Source of the DNA: an uncultured Chloroflexia bacterium
GTDB taxonomy: Bacteria; Chloroflexota; Limnocylindria; Limnocylindrales; CSP1-4
Direction: 5' to 3'
Length of the DNA stretch: 64,000 bases
Assembly (NCBI GenBank): GCA_963833225.1
Contig: CAWHXD010000007.1
Coordinates: forward strand, 128,001 to 192,000
A program made the translations under genes and the position numbers. Shown here in pieces: positions 44,352 to 54,355 of the stretch; positions within the stretch are counted from its first letter, which is position 1; each line of letters starts with the position of its first letter. The notes under the pieces were generated by a model. The model was not told the DNA's origin and searched no databases. It worked only from the letters and a program-made list of their open reading frames with translations.

Positions 44352-45172
44352 CCGGGAGGGCGTTCGAGGGGTTTGTGCCCGTCAAGGGTGGGCGCCTCTG
44401 GGCCCAGTGGGCCGGCGACGGCCCGGGCGTGGTGCTCGCCCACGCGGGCATCGCCGACGCCCGGATGTGGGACCCGCAGTGGGAGGCCCTGGCCAGGCGA
44501 TCTCGGGTCGTCCGTTATGACCTGCGCGGCTTTGGCCGGTCCGACGTTGAGCACACCACCTTCTCCAACCGCGCGGACCTCGTCTCGGTGATGGACGCCG
44601 CGGGCCTCGACACCGCCGTCCTCGTCGGCTGCTCCCGGGCCGGGTCGATCGTCATCGACACCGCCCTCGAGGTTCCGGACCGGGTCCGCGGCATCGTCTG
44701 GGTCTGCGGTGGAGTGTCCGGCGAGCTCGAGCTTGAGGAGACGCCCGAGGAGGTGGCTGCGGCCGAGCGTGACGAGTCCCTGGAGCTGGCGCGGGACTGG
44801 GCAGGGCTTGCCGACCACGACGTCGCGGTCTGGGTGGACGGGATCGGCCAGCCGCCTGGACGCGCGCCGGAGGCGGTGCGCGGGCTCGTCCGGCGGATGG
44901 CCTACGAGACGTATGTCCAGGACAAGGCATACGGCGACGAGGTGCAGCTGGATCCGCCCGCGGTGGGACGCCTGGGCGAGATCCGGGTCCCGCTGCTCGC
45001 GATCGTCGGCGACCTCGACCAGTCGGCCACGGCGGCGGTTGCGGATCTCCTGGTGGCCGAGGTGCCGAACGCGCGCCGGATCGATCTCCAGGGCGTGGCC
45101 CATATGCCCAGTCTCGAGCGGCCCGAGTGGTTCACGCGGACCCTGCTCGCCTTCCTTGCGGAGGTCGCCTGA
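44348..45172 (+). CDS. Alpha/beta hydrolase
   Basis: HAG, YDLRGFGRS, nucleophile elbow VGCSRAG, GDLD and AHMPSLERPE. Confidence 0.9.
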   Translation: MTGRAFEGFVPVKGGRLWAQWAGDGPGVVLAHAGIADARMWDPQWEALARRSRVVRYDLRGFGRSDVEHTTFSNRADLVSVMDAAGLDTAVLVGCSRAGSIVIDTALEVPDRVRGIVWVCGGVSGELELEETPEEVAAAERDESLELARDWAGLADHDVAVWVDGIGQPPGRAPEAVRGLVRRMAYETYVQDKAYGDEVQLDPPAVGRLGEIRVPLLAIVGDLDQSATAAVADLLVAEVPNARRIDLQGVAHMPSLERPEWFTRTLLAFLAEVA

Positions 45173-45178
45173 GTCCTC

Positions 45179-46051
45179 GTGGAACCGACCGCACCCCACC
45201 CCGTGAACGAACCCTCCCTCGAACGGCAGGCCACGCGCGTGCGGGTGACCGCCTGGCGCTCGGGATCCGTCGAGGTCCGGGACGACCGGCTCGCCGGCGA
45301 GGAGCCGATGGCCATCCGCGCCGGCGGTCCCGGCCAGGAGCTGATCGATATCGCGGTCACGATGCGGACCCCGGGCCACGAGGCCGAGCTGGCCGTCGGC
45401 TTCCTGCTGACCGAGGGCCTGGTCGATGCCGCGTCGGACATCGCCGCCATCGAGGTGGGGGATCCCTCGACGCACGCCCAGCCCGACGATGAGGTCGTGG
45501 TCCGGCTCACGCGCCGCCTTGACCCCGACGCGATCTCGTCGCGCAACTTCGTGGCCACCGCCTCCTGTGGGATCTGCGGCAAGGCGTCGCTGGACCAGGT
45601 GCAGGTTCGCTGCGCGCCGATACCCGACGGTCCCGTCGTGACCCCGGAGATCCTGCTCGCGCTCCCGGGCCGCCTCCGCGAGGGCCAGGCCGTATTCGGG
45701 GCGACGGGGGGCCTCCATGCCGCGGGCCTGTTCGACCCCGCCGGGACGTTGATCGCCGTGCGCGAGGACGTCGGCCGCCACAACGCCCTCGACAAGCTGG
45801 TCGGCAGCCGGCTCCTCGCCGGAGAGGTGCCGCTCCACGCCCGCGTCCTGCTCGTCTCGGGACGGGCCAGCTTCGAGCTCGTCCAGAAGGCCGCCGTCGC
45901 GGGCATCCCGATCCTGGCCGCCGTCTCCGCCCCGAGCGACCTCGCCGTCGCGGCCGCGGAGCGGCTGGGCGTGACGCTGGTCGGGTTCCTGCGCGACCAG
46001 GGCTTCAACGTCTACGCCCGCCCTGACCGGGTGAGGGTCGGGCGGGCGTAG
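45179..46051 (+). CDS. fdhD: Formate dehydrogenase accessory sulfurtransferase
   Basis: EEPM, MRTPG, SCGICG, TGGLHAA, REDVGRHNALDKL and SGRASFELVQK. Confidence 0.95.
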   Translation: MEPTAPHPVNEPSLERQATRVRVTAWRSGSVEVRDDRLAGEEPMAIRAGGPGQELIDIAVTMRTPGHEAELAVGFLLTEGLVDAASDIAAIEVGDPSTHAQPDDEVVVRLTRRLDPDAISSRNFVATASCGICGKASLDQVQVRCAPIPDGPVVTPEILLALPGRLREGQAVFGATGGLHAAGLFDPAGTLIAVREDVGRHNALDKLVGSRLLAGEVPLHARVLLVSGRASFELVQKAAVAGIPILAAVSAPSDLAVAAAERLGVTLVGFLRDQGFNVYARPDRVRVGRA

Positions 46052-46121
46052 GGCTCCTCCGCAGGGTTGGGAGCCGCACCGGGCGGGCCAGGGCGCGCTC
46101 CGGGGATCAGCCTCCCGGGCG

Positions 46122-47726
46122 TCAGCCGCCCGGGTCGAGCGGCTCGAATGGGGCCGGTGGCGACGACTCCGCGATCGCCCGCTCCAGCTCGCGGTCGAGC
46201 CGGATCTTGGTCAGGACGAGGAACATCACCACGGCAAGGATGAGGGCCAGCACGATGATCATGGCTTGGCGCCGGAACACGCTCTGGTCGATCTTGGAGG
46301 TCGCCAGCTCCGTCGCCCCCTCGGCCTTGGCCTTGGCGTCGCTGGCCAGCTTGGCCACCTCGGTGAGCTTCGTGGTGTGGACGGCGGCCTGGGCCTGGAT
46401 CAGGCTCGTCTTGGCGCTGACGAGGGCCGCCTCGGCATCGTCGGTGATCATGCCCAGGCCGGCCGCGCTCTGGATCGTCTGGTCCGCCGCGTCGTAGGCG
46501 TCCTGGGCCGAGACCACGGCGGCGGAGATCCCCTCGATCTGCGTGTAGATCTGCGATTCGGGGTGGTGGCACGTGTCACAGCGCCGGTCCGCCGGGTCCG
46601 CGAAACGGCTGAGCTCGAGGCGCAGCCGGTGCGTTCCGAGGTCGTGGCAGGTCGCGCAGCTGTAATCGGGTGCCTGCGGATGGAAGAACAGGGCCGAGCT
46701 CGGCTGCGAGACGTCGTGCGTGCCGTGGCAGGTCCAGCACTTGGGGGCGGCGGCCTGGAGCTCGGAGTGGCGGCTCTGCTCGTACAGCGCCTGGGTCGCG
46801 GTGTGGCACTTGCCGCACACGTCCACGACCGTGCTCGACGTGGGCGGCTTGGCATCGTGCGAGCCATGGCACGAGGCGCAGCTTGGCGCGCGCACGTCCT
46901 TGTTCTCGAGGAGGGCGACCCCGTGAACGCTCTTGGAGTAGATGTCGAACTGGTCGGTGGGGATGCCGTACGGCTCCATCCGCTTGGCGTCGGCATGGCA
47001 CCCCGCGCACAGGTTCGGGATGTTGAGGGCGAACACCTTGGCGCTCGGGTCGGACACCTTCTTGACGTCATGCGCGCCATGGCAGTCGGTGCAGACCGCG
47101 ACCCGCGTGTCGCTTGCGGTCAGCAGGCGCTGGCCGTGGACGCTGGACCAGTACTTGGCGTACTGGTCGGTGGGCAGGCCTGAGACGCCCATCCTCTCCA
47201 CGCTGGCGTGGCAGCTGCCGCACAGGGCGACCGACTCGAGGCGCCCCGGGGTCCCCGAATAGCCGGCGCCGGCGTCCATGGCCTTGGTGATCTGGTCGCT
47301 TCCCGGATCACCGCCGTGGCAGTCCGCGCAGGTCACGCCGGCGGCGGCGTGCGCGCTCGAGTCCCACTCGGCGACGATGGCCGCCTGCTTGTCGTTCACC
47401 GCGCCATGGCAGTCCGCGCAGCCGTTCAGGCCGCCGCCATCGGGGTGGGCCACGGGCGTCGGCAGCGGCGGGGCGCTCGCGGCCGGCTCGGTCGGCGAGG
47501 GCTCCGGGGTGGCGAACAGCCACCCGTTGTCCGAGGCGCCGGGCGTGGGGACCACGGGCGTGGTGGCGGAGGGGCTGGGGTCCGGCACGGTGCCGGGGCT
47601 CGGGCTCTCGGCGGATGCCGAGAACGCGACCAGCATCCAGGTGGTCAGCGCCACCGACACGGTCACGCCGAGGCGGACGGCCCGGCGGAGCGAGGTGGAG
47701 GTTCGGAGCTCCCGGTCAGCGCTCAT
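46122..47726 (-). CDS. Decaheme c-type cytochrome with signal peptide, coiled coil and C-terminal TM anchor
   Basis: 10 CxxCH motifs: CADCH x2, CGSCH, CTDCH, CAGCH, CASCH, CGKCH, CWTCH, CATCH and CDTCH. C-terminal MIIVLALILAVVMFLVL. Start MSADREL 2 nt after the cytochrome b stop. Confidence 0.92.
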   Translation of the reverse strand: MSADRELRTSTSLRRAVRLGVTVSVALTTWMLVAFSASAESPSPGTVPDPSPSATTPVVPTPGASDNGWLFATPEPSPTEPAASAPPLPTPVAHPDGGGLNGCADCHGAVNDKQAAIVAEWDSSAHAAAGVTCADCHGGDPGSDQITKAMDAGAGYSGTPGRLESVALCGSCHASVERMGVSGLPTDQYAKYWSSVHGQRLLTASDTRVAVCTDCHGAHDVKKVSDPSAKVFALNIPNLCAGCHADAKRMEPYGIPTDQFDIYSKSVHGVALLENKDVRAPSCASCHGSHDAKPPTSSTVVDVCGKCHTATQALYEQSRHSELQAAAPKCWTCHGTHDVSQPSSALFFHPQAPDYSCATCHDLGTHRLRLELSRFADPADRRCDTCHHPESQIYTQIEGISAAVVSAQDAYDAADQTIQSAAGLGMITDDAEAALVSAKTSLIQAQAAVHTTKLTEVAKLASDAKAKAEGATELATSKIDQSVFRRQAMIIVLALILAVVMFLVLTKIRLDRELERAIAESSPPAPFEPLDPGG

Positions 47727-47728
47727 CG

Positions 47729-48805
47729 CTAGCTCACATACCCCCAGACGGTGAGGGCGACCAGCCCCAGGAGGACGAGCGTCGCCACGCCCACGACGAG
47801 CTTTCGACGGCGGATCAGGACCTCCGGGCTTCGATCGAGGAACGGCCAGACGACGAGGAGCCCGATGCCCACGATGGGGACCATGATCCCGACCAGCTTG
47901 TCCGGGATGAGCTTGAGCAGCTCGTACACGCCGAGGTAGTACCACTCGGGTTTGGTGTGGGCGGGCGTCTGGAGCGGGTTCGCCTGACCCTCGAGACCGG
48001 CCGGGAACAGCGAGGCGAGGATCACGAGCACCGCGAGGATGATGTACCAGGCGATCAGCTCGTCGATGATGTAGTGCGGGAAGAAGGGTCGCAGCGGCTC
48101 GCGGTCGTGCTCGGGGCTCGGCACCTTCGGCTCGGGGCGCTTGGGGTTGGCCAGCCCGAGCTGGTGCACGAGGACGAGATGCCCCGCGAGGAGGGCACCA
48201 AGCGCCAGCGGCAGCACCAGGACGTGGATCCCGAAGAACCGGCTCATGGTGTCGCCGGTGACGTCGGCGCCGCCCCGCAGCAGCAGGAGCAGCGGCTCGC
48301 CGATCAGCGGCACGCCGCCGGCGATCTCGGTGCCAACGACGGTCGCCCAGTACGCGCGCTGGTCCCATGGCAGCAGGTATCCGGTGAACCCGAACCCGAG
48401 GGTCACCATCAGCAGCAGGCAGCCCACCACCCAGGTGAGCTCGCGCGGGTACTTGTAGGCGGCCTGGGCGAACACCCGCACGAGGTGCAGCGTCACGAAC
48501 AGGATCATCAGGTTGGCGGTCCAGTGGTGGATGGACCGGATCAGCCAGCCGAAGGTGACATCGCTGGTGATGAACTGGACGCTTTCGAACGCGGCGTCGG
48601 GGGTGGGCTTGTAGTAGAGCGACAGCAGGGTGCCGGTGACCACCTGGATGCCGAACAGGAACAGGGCGATCCCGCCGAAGTAGTAGGTCCGGGCGGACAT
48701 CGGGATCCGGACGTGCAGGCTCGCCCGCAGGACAGGGCCGAGCCCCGTCCGTCGTTCGAGCCAGCTTGCCTGCCCCTGGGGCTCGGTCACCGGACGGGTC
48801 GCCAT
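47729..48805 (-). CDS. Cytochrome b of a bc-type complex (b6 and subunit IV fused)
   Basis: WLIRSIHHW..N......LH, TGYLLPWDQ.AYWA, RFFGIH...LAGHLVLVH and KPEWY. Confidence 0.95.
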   Translation of the reverse strand: MATRPVTEPQGQASWLERRTGLGPVLRASLHVRIPMSARTYYFGGIALFLFGIQVVTGTLLSLYYKPTPDAAFESVQFITSDVTFGWLIRSIHHWTANLMILFVTLHLVRVFAQAAYKYPRELTWVVGCLLLMVTLGFGFTGYLLPWDQRAYWATVVGTEIAGGVPLIGEPLLLLLRGGADVTGDTMSRFFGIHVLVLPLALGALLAGHLVLVHQLGLANPKRPEPKVPSPEHDREPLRPFFPHYIIDELIAWYIILAVLVILASLFPAGLEGQANPLQTPAHTKPEWYYLGVYELLKLIPDKLVGIMVPIVGIGLLVVWPFLDRSPEVLIRRRKLVVGVATLVLLGLVALTVWGYVS

Positions 48806-48806
48806 C

Positions 48807-49301
48807 TCAGGCCTCCGTCAGGAAGATCTGGTCGCCCTCGACCGTGACCGGGATGGGTGTCAGCGGGGCGGGCGGTGGACCAGAGACCACGACGCCGGTC
48901 GACGGGTTGAAGCGCCCATCGTGGCAGGGGCACTGGATGACGCCGATCATGTCGTTCCAGGCGACGACACAGCCGAGGTGGGTGCAGATCGCCGAGAAGG
49001 CCTTCACGCCCTGCTCGGTGTTGACCACGATGGCGGGCTTGGCCCCCATGGCCACGATCTTGCCCGCGCCGACCGGGATGTCGGCCGTGGTGCCGGCCGC
49101 GATCCGCGTACCACCGGCCGCGCGACCACTTTGGGTGGGGATGAGGAAGCCGATGATCGGCGTGAGGACCATCGCGGCGGTGGAGACGACGGTCAGGCCT
49201 CCGAGCCAGCGCAGGAACGAGCGACGCGAGGCCCCTGGGCCGCTGGGCGCGCTGGCCCCGGGTTCCTGAGCGGTTGGCTGGACTCCCGACGCGGGCTCCA
49301 T
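48807..49301 (-). CDS. Rieske [2Fe-2S] subunit of the bc-type complex
   Basis: Tat motif SRRSFL plus TM; CTHLGC, CPCHDGRF and GPPPAPL. Confidence 0.93.
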   Translation of the reverse strand: MEPASGVQPTAQEPGASAPSGPGASRRSFLRWLGGLTVVSTAAMVLTPIIGFLIPTQSGRAAGGTRIAAGTTADIPVGAGKIVAMGAKPAIVVNTEQGVKAFSAICTHLGCVVAWNDMIGVIQCPCHDGRFNPSTGVVVSGPPPAPLTPIPVTVEGDQIFLTEA

Positions 49302-49461
49302 CGACGCCTCCACCTCGCCTGGCAGCCGCGTGCCAGCGCGCCTGCCCCTGGGGTGGATTGTGATGGCGGCGGGCATCGCATCAAACCCATGAGTCGATAC
49401 AGAACCCTCGCCGGCCCCTATGCCAAATGGCACCCCTGGGGGCGCCGATCGGCTCCCAACG

Positions 49462-51153
49462 TCAGCCCCCGGGCGACAGCGGCCACGCCAGCCCGAGGGG
49501 CGGATCGTCGACGATGCCCTCCTGCGGCCCATGGGAGCCCGGCGTCGTCACCGGGAGCACCGGGTTCGCGTGGCAGCGCGCGCAGGACACGGGTTGGTGG
49601 CAGTACGCGCAGGCCTGGTTGCCCTGGGTGCGGATGACCTGGGCATGGTTCGTGAGCATGGTGTCGTGGTCCACGCTCACGGCGCCCGTCGAATGGCAGT
49701 TCACGCAGTAGTCGCGGGCGTGGCACTCGCCGCACGACTGCCCGCCCGGATCCAGGCTGATGGCCACGTTCTTGTGGTTGAACACCCACAGCGTGTCGTC
49801 GGTGTGCGTGCTGGGCGGTTCGCCCAGTGGCAGGCTGGCAACCGCTGGACCGATCTGCGGGAAGGTGTGGCAGGTGTTGCAGGTCGACGGGATCGTCTCC
49901 GTGGTCGCCACGCCGTTGACGACCTTGAGATGGCCGCCGTCGTGGCACCGGAAGCAGCCCGGCCAGTCGAGGTGGCCGATGTTGCTGGCGTATGTTGCCG
50001 CGGTGACCTTCATCGCGGGCGTCGCGGTCAGCCGGTAGAGGACCCTGAGCTCGTCCTCGGCAACCGCGATCTGGGCGCCCTTCGTGGCGTAGACCTCGGG
50101 GTAGTTGGCCTTGTAGAACGTGCCGAGCTTGTCAATCTCGGCGTCGGCGGTCGCATCGTCCGGGAACGCGGCCCACAGGATCCGCATCCCCTCGCGCTTG
50201 ATATACGGCAGCGAGGGGTCGATGGCGCCGGTTGAGAGCTTGTAGTCGAGGTTGGAGCGCGGGTTCTGGATGTCGTGACCTACCCGGTTGTGACAGTCGT
50301 AGCAGCTGAGCGTGATGTTGCGCTCGGTGGCCTTGAGGGCATCGATGTTGGCGCGCACGTCGTCCGCCACGGTGACCTTGTCCTGGGCGATGTACTCGAC
50401 GACGGTCCCGTCGTCGCGGGTCGAGGTGACGTAGTCGATCACGGCCGAGTTGGCGTCGGGCGACGTGTAGGTGAACTGGGAGAGCACGTGCCAGTGGACG
50501 CTGCGACCGACATCGAACGCGTCGCCGCCCGCCGGACGAATCATCAGGCCCACGAAGTCGCGAGTGTTCGCCTCGTCCTCCTGGAACTGGGTCTGGGCGC
50601 GCAGCGCGACGAACGACCGGTCATTGAGAGAGTGGCATTTCTGGCACGTGTCCGACGGGCTGGGAAGGAGCTGGTGGTCGGGCGGCTCGATCGGCGTCGG
50701 GTACGTGTTGAGGACCACGCTGACCAGCTGGCGCGTGCCGGCGAGCTTGGACTTGACCCAGCCCACGACCCCGGGTTCCACGTGGCACTCGCCGCAATCG
50801 ACATCGCGGTGTGAGCCGAGGTGATACGCCTCGAGCTCGGGAGCCATGGTGTGACAGCGCCCGCAGAAGTCGGCCGTCTCGGTCCATTGGATCATCGTGA
50901 CGCCCGTGAACGCCACGACGCTGCCCCCGGCAGCCAGGACCAGCAGCAGGGCGAACAGGCCGGCCCTCGAGCGCGGCAACCGGAGGTGACGGCCACGGAG
51001 GTAGAACGGGTGCCCCGGGCGGTGTCCCCGGGCTGGCTCCGCGGCCGGCGGCTCCGCGGCGGCGGGCTCCTCCGGCGGCATCCCGTCGGCGGTCTCCCGC
51101 GTCGTCTCCTCGGTCTCCGGCGGAAGCCCGGCGCCGCCCTCGGGGTCGCTCAT
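49462..51153 (-). CDS. NapC/NirT-domain (ImcH-like) membrane-anchored decaheme cytochrome
   Basis: One N-terminal TM; FCGRCH..MAPE, CGECH.EPG..GWVKSKL.G..QL, CQKCH, HWH, CYDCHNR, GCFRCHD and CNTCH, plus CGECH, CVNCH, CAYCH and CARCH. Confidence 0.9.
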   Translation of the reverse strand: MSDPEGGAGLPPETEETTRETADGMPPEEPAAAEPPAAEPARGHRPGHPFYLRGRHLRLPRSRAGLFALLLVLAAGGSVVAFTGVTMIQWTETADFCGRCHTMAPELEAYHLGSHRDVDCGECHVEPGVVGWVKSKLAGTRQLVSVVLNTYPTPIEPPDHQLLPSPSDTCQKCHSLNDRSFVALRAQTQFQEDEANTRDFVGLMIRPAGGDAFDVGRSVHWHVLSQFTYTSPDANSAVIDYVTSTRDDGTVVEYIAQDKVTVADDVRANIDALKATERNITLSCYDCHNRVGHDIQNPRSNLDYKLSTGAIDPSLPYIKREGMRILWAAFPDDATADAEIDKLGTFYKANYPEVYATKGAQIAVAEDELRVLYRLTATPAMKVTAATYASNIGHLDWPGCFRCHDGGHLKVVNGVATTETIPSTCNTCHTFPQIGPAVASLPLGEPPSTHTDDTLWVFNHKNVAISLDPGGQSCGECHARDYCVNCHSTGAVSVDHDTMLTNHAQVIRTQGNQACAYCHQPVSCARCHANPVLPVTTPGSHGPQEGIVDDPPLGLAWPLSPGG

Positions 51154-51160
51154 GGGAGCC

Positions 51161-51760
51161 TCAGTTCAGGATGGCCGCGACGGCGCGGGCCATGTCGTCC
51201 TTGGACAGCGCCCCGATCCGCACCTCGCGGATCCTCCCGTCGGCGCCGATGAAGAAGTGGGTCGGGATGCCCATGGACCGGTATGCGGCGGCCACGTCCG
51301 CATTCGGGTCAACCGCGATCGGGAAGCTGAGGCCCGCCCGCTGCGCGTACCCGGCGACATCCGCGGCCGGCTCGTTGATGAACACGCCCAGGACCACCAG
51401 GCCCTGCTCCCGGTTCGCCTCGTAGGTCGCCTCGACGTCGGCCGACTCGGTCCGGCAGTCCGGGCACCAGCTGGCGCCGAACGTCAACCACACGGGCTTG
51501 CCCGCGTAATCCGAGAGCGACACGGTTTCGCCGTTGTAGGTGAGCGCGGTGAAGTCCGGCGGAATCTCGCCGGCGGTCGGGGCGACCGCGGCGGCGTTGT
51601 CCGGCAGCTTGACCTGTGTGACGCCGTCGGTCATGCCGGCGCCGCTCGCCGACCAGGCCAGCACGCCCACGATGACGGCCACGATGACGATGACAACGAT
51701 GGTCTGCAGCCGACCGGCGAGATACCCGGAGGACCGGGTGCCCATGCCTGCTGCGGTCAT
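51161..51760 (-). CDS. ResA/TlpA-like membrane-anchored thiol-disulfide oxidoreductase
   Basis: TM segment; PDF, LSDYAGKPV, ASWCPDC and GIPTHFFI. Confidence 0.9.
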   Translation of the reverse strand: MTAAGMGTRSSGYLAGRLQTIVVIVIVAVIVGVLAWSASGAGMTDGVTQVKLPDNAAAVAPTAGEIPPDFTALTYNGETVSLSDYAGKPVWLTFGASWCPDCRTESADVEATYEANREQGLVVLGVFINEPAADVAGYAQRAGLSFPIAVDPNADVAAAYRSMGIPTHFFIGADGRIREVRIGALSKDDMARAVAAILN

Positions 51761-51788
51761 GACTCGGTTCCTCGCTGCGGGCCGGGGC

Positions 51789-52865
51789 TCAGCCCAGGCC
51801 GGAATAGCTGTGGAGGCCGCTGAAGATCAGGTTGCCGAAGTACGTGAGCAGCGTCGCGAGGAACCCGATCACCAGCATCCAGGCCGCCCGGTTGCCCCGC
51901 CAGCCGCGCATCACCCGCGCATGGAGGTAGGCGCCGTAGATGAACCAGGTCACCAGTGACGCGGTCTCCTTGGGGTCCCACTGCCAGTAGCTGCCCCACG
52001 CGGTCTCGGCCCACACGGCGCCGAGGATGATGGTCAGGGTGAGGAACGGGAATCCGACCACGACCGCGCGGTAGCCGATCTCGTCGAGGACCATCGGCCT
52101 GGGGAGGCCCCAGCGCCCGCTGGAGGTCTCGGCGGCGGCGTCGCGGCCCCGCTTCGTGAACCAGTCCAGCACGGCCATCGCGACCAGCGCGATCCCCGTC
52201 GCGACCATGGCGTATCCGAACGCCTGCTTGTCCGCGTCCGCACCCCCGGTGAACGCGCCGACGAGCGCAGCGACGACGCCAACGGTCGTCGTGAGCAGCA
52301 CCGCGAGCGCATGGCGGGTCTGGAGCAGGAACAGGTAGGAGGCGGCGAACGCGATGGCGAACGAGCCGTAGGCGACGATCGCGGTGGCCACATGGACGGT
52401 GAGCAGCAGGTTGTTCTGGAGCGCGGGGAGGAGGGGCTCGATTTCGGCCGGGATCGTGAACGCGTAGAGGAGCATGCCCAACGCGACCGGCAGGGCGACG
52501 AGCGCCAGGATCCGCTGGTGGTACTTGCGCTCGAAGTAGAGGTAGGTGACGAGGACGCCGAAGGCGAACGCCATCGAGAACTCGTACATGTTCGCGAACG
52601 GCCCGTGACCGGTGACGATGGCCCGGAAGGTCAGGCTCAGCAGGAGCGCGAGCGTCGCGAGCCAGGTCAGGATGGTCGCGTACTTGCCCATGGCCGCCGT
52701 CCGTGGCCCGGACACGAGCCCGACAGGGCCGGTGGATACCGACGGGCCGGCCGTCTGCATCCGGGCCGCCCGCAGGCCGGAGACCGCGTAGACGAGGTAC
52801 ATCAGGAGCGCGAGCCCCGTCGCCAGCATCGAGGCGATGAACGCGTACTCGGAAACCTTGCCCAT
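51789..52865 (-). CDS. ccsA: Cytochrome c biogenesis System II heme ligase CcsA/ResC
   Basis: GHGPFANMYE, LLTVHV, GAVWAETAWGSYWQWDPKET (WWD motif) and GLHSY. Confidence 0.95.
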   Translation of the reverse strand: MGKVSEYAFIASMLATGLALLMYLVYAVSGLRAARMQTAGPSVSTGPVGLVSGPRTAAMGKYATILTWLATLALLLSLTFRAIVTGHGPFANMYEFSMAFAFGVLVTYLYFERKYHQRILALVALPVALGMLLYAFTIPAEIEPLLPALQNNLLLTVHVATAIVAYGSFAIAFAASYLFLLQTRHALAVLLTTTVGVVAALVGAFTGGADADKQAFGYAMVATGIALVAMAVLDWFTKRGRDAAAETSSGRWGLPRPMVLDEIGYRAVVVGFPFLTLTIILGAVWAETAWGSYWQWDPKETASLVTWFIYGAYLHARVMRGWRGNRAAWMLVIGFLATLLTYFGNLIFSGLHSYSGLG

Positions 52866-52879
52866 TGTGGGGACCTCCC

Positions 52880-54340
52880 TCAGGCCTTGGTCGGCGCGCT
52901 CAGCGCCGCCCGGATGTCGGAGACAAGAAGTTCAAACTCGGTGCCGGCCGTGACGTCCTTCTGGGCGAGGGTCGCGAGACCCACCACGGCGCCGCCGTTG
53001 GGCCGGCTCACGATGCGAGCCCAGAGCCGCTTGTGCGGGATGGTGAAGCGGATGAGGAACCCGACGAACAGGAGGGCCGAGCCGATCCAGATGAACGGCA
53101 CACCCGGGTCACGGACCACGTTCAGCCAGGTGAATTGACTCTCGCGCTCGAAGGTGACCGTCAGGTCGCCGACCTGGGCGGGGGCGCCCTGGTCGATGAC
53201 GGCCGCGGCGGTGAAGCTGTTGGCGCCGGTCGTGTAGATCCCGAACTGGACCTGGCCGGGCTTGATGAGCGGGTCGCTGCCGCCGGTCGTCGCCTGGATC
53301 TCGGCGCTGAACGCCGTGTTGGGGATCGGGATCTCGCCAAAGCGGGCGCCGTCGGGAGTCTCGCCGGTGAGCGGTACGCCGGCGGACTGGAGCAGCACCT
53401 CGCCCTGGGCGTTCTTGACCGTCACCAGCACCGACGGGCCGAACGAGGCCTGGTAGAAGGCGAGGCCGTTGTAGCGGTACGGGTCGTTGACGCGGACCAC
53501 GTGGCTGTCGATCTCCGCGCCGTCCTTGTAGACGACGATGGTGCTCGCGTAGTCGATCGGGCGACCGGTGGCGGGGTCGTACTTGTCGGTGAAGTCCAGG
53601 AGCTGGATCGCGAGGCCGGGCTCGGCGGCCACGTCGACGGTCTGGCCCTCGGTGATGAAGAAGTTGGGATCCCGGTAGCTGGTCGCGCCCAGGATCGCTC
53701 CCGCGATGATGACCACGATGGCCAGGTGGGCGGCGAGGCCGGCGAACGGGGCCCAGCGGAAGCGGTCGGCGTACAGGTGGACCGTCCCATCATCGGTCGA
53801 CAGCGTCCGGTAGCGGCGCGCCCGGATCACCCCCTCCAAGACGGACCGCGTCTCCTCGGCGGACCGACGGACCACGATGGCCTCGTGCTGGGGTGCGTGC
53901 TCGAAGAACGCGGCGCCCACGTCCACGCGCGGGTTGCGGATCGTGCGGATCATCCCCGGGATCCGGTGGATGGAGCAGGCGATCAAGCTGATCGTCAACG
54001 CCGCCGCGAGCACGCGGATCAGGTACGAGTTGAAGACGTTGAACAGGCCGAGCGCGTTGATGATGTCCGTCCAGCCGCCGTAGCGGGGGCGGACGCTGTC
54101 CACCCAGAGGGCCTCCTGCGGTGCATTTCCCACGATCTCGCGCGGCATCTGCATCAGCAGCGAGCCCAGCACGCCCAGGACGGCGATCACCAGCATGATG
54201 ACCATGGCCACCCGCATCGACGTCAGGAAGCGCCACAGGCCTTCCAGCACCATGTCGACGCGATCCATCGCTGATGGGCCGGCCGCCGCCGCCGTCGGGG
54301 CGGACGGGGGAAGCATCCGGCTGTCGACCTTGTCGGTCAT
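52880..54340 (-). CDS. resB: Cytochrome c biogenesis protein ResB/CcsB
   Basis: FLTSMR.A, SLIACS, AHLAI, RVNDP.RY.G..FYQASF and DPG...IW.G. Confidence 0.92.
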   Translation of the reverse strand: MTDKVDSRMLPPSAPTAAAAGPSAMDRVDMVLEGLWRFLTSMRVAMVIMLVIAVLGVLGSLLMQMPREIVGNAPQEALWVDSVRPRYGGWTDIINALGLFNVFNSYLIRVLAAALTISLIACSIHRIPGMIRTIRNPRVDVGAAFFEHAPQHEAIVVRRSAEETRSVLEGVIRARRYRTLSTDDGTVHLYADRFRWAPFAGLAAHLAIVVIIAGAILGATSYRDPNFFITEGQTVDVAAEPGLAIQLLDFTDKYDPATGRPIDYASTIVVYKDGAEIDSHVVRVNDPYRYNGLAFYQASFGPSVLVTVKNAQGEVLLQSAGVPLTGETPDGARFGEIPIPNTAFSAEIQATTGGSDPLIKPGQVQFGIYTTGANSFTAAAVIDQGAPAQVGDLTVTFERESQFTWLNVVRDPGVPFIWIGSALLFVGFLIRFTIPHKRLWARIVSRPNGGAVVGLATLAQKDVTAGTEFELLVSDIRAALSAPTKA

Positions 54341-54355
54341 GTTGGGACGACCTCC

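Noticed and set aside
42146-45172. 1008-aa decarboxylase-hydrolase fusion ORF
   Set aside because: It is read-through of off-frame segments caused by indels. Three separate genes with overlapping stop/start codons explain the region.
46122-48368. 748-aa version of the decaheme
   Set aside because: The 5' extension is an alternative frame over cytochrome b. The real start is 47726.
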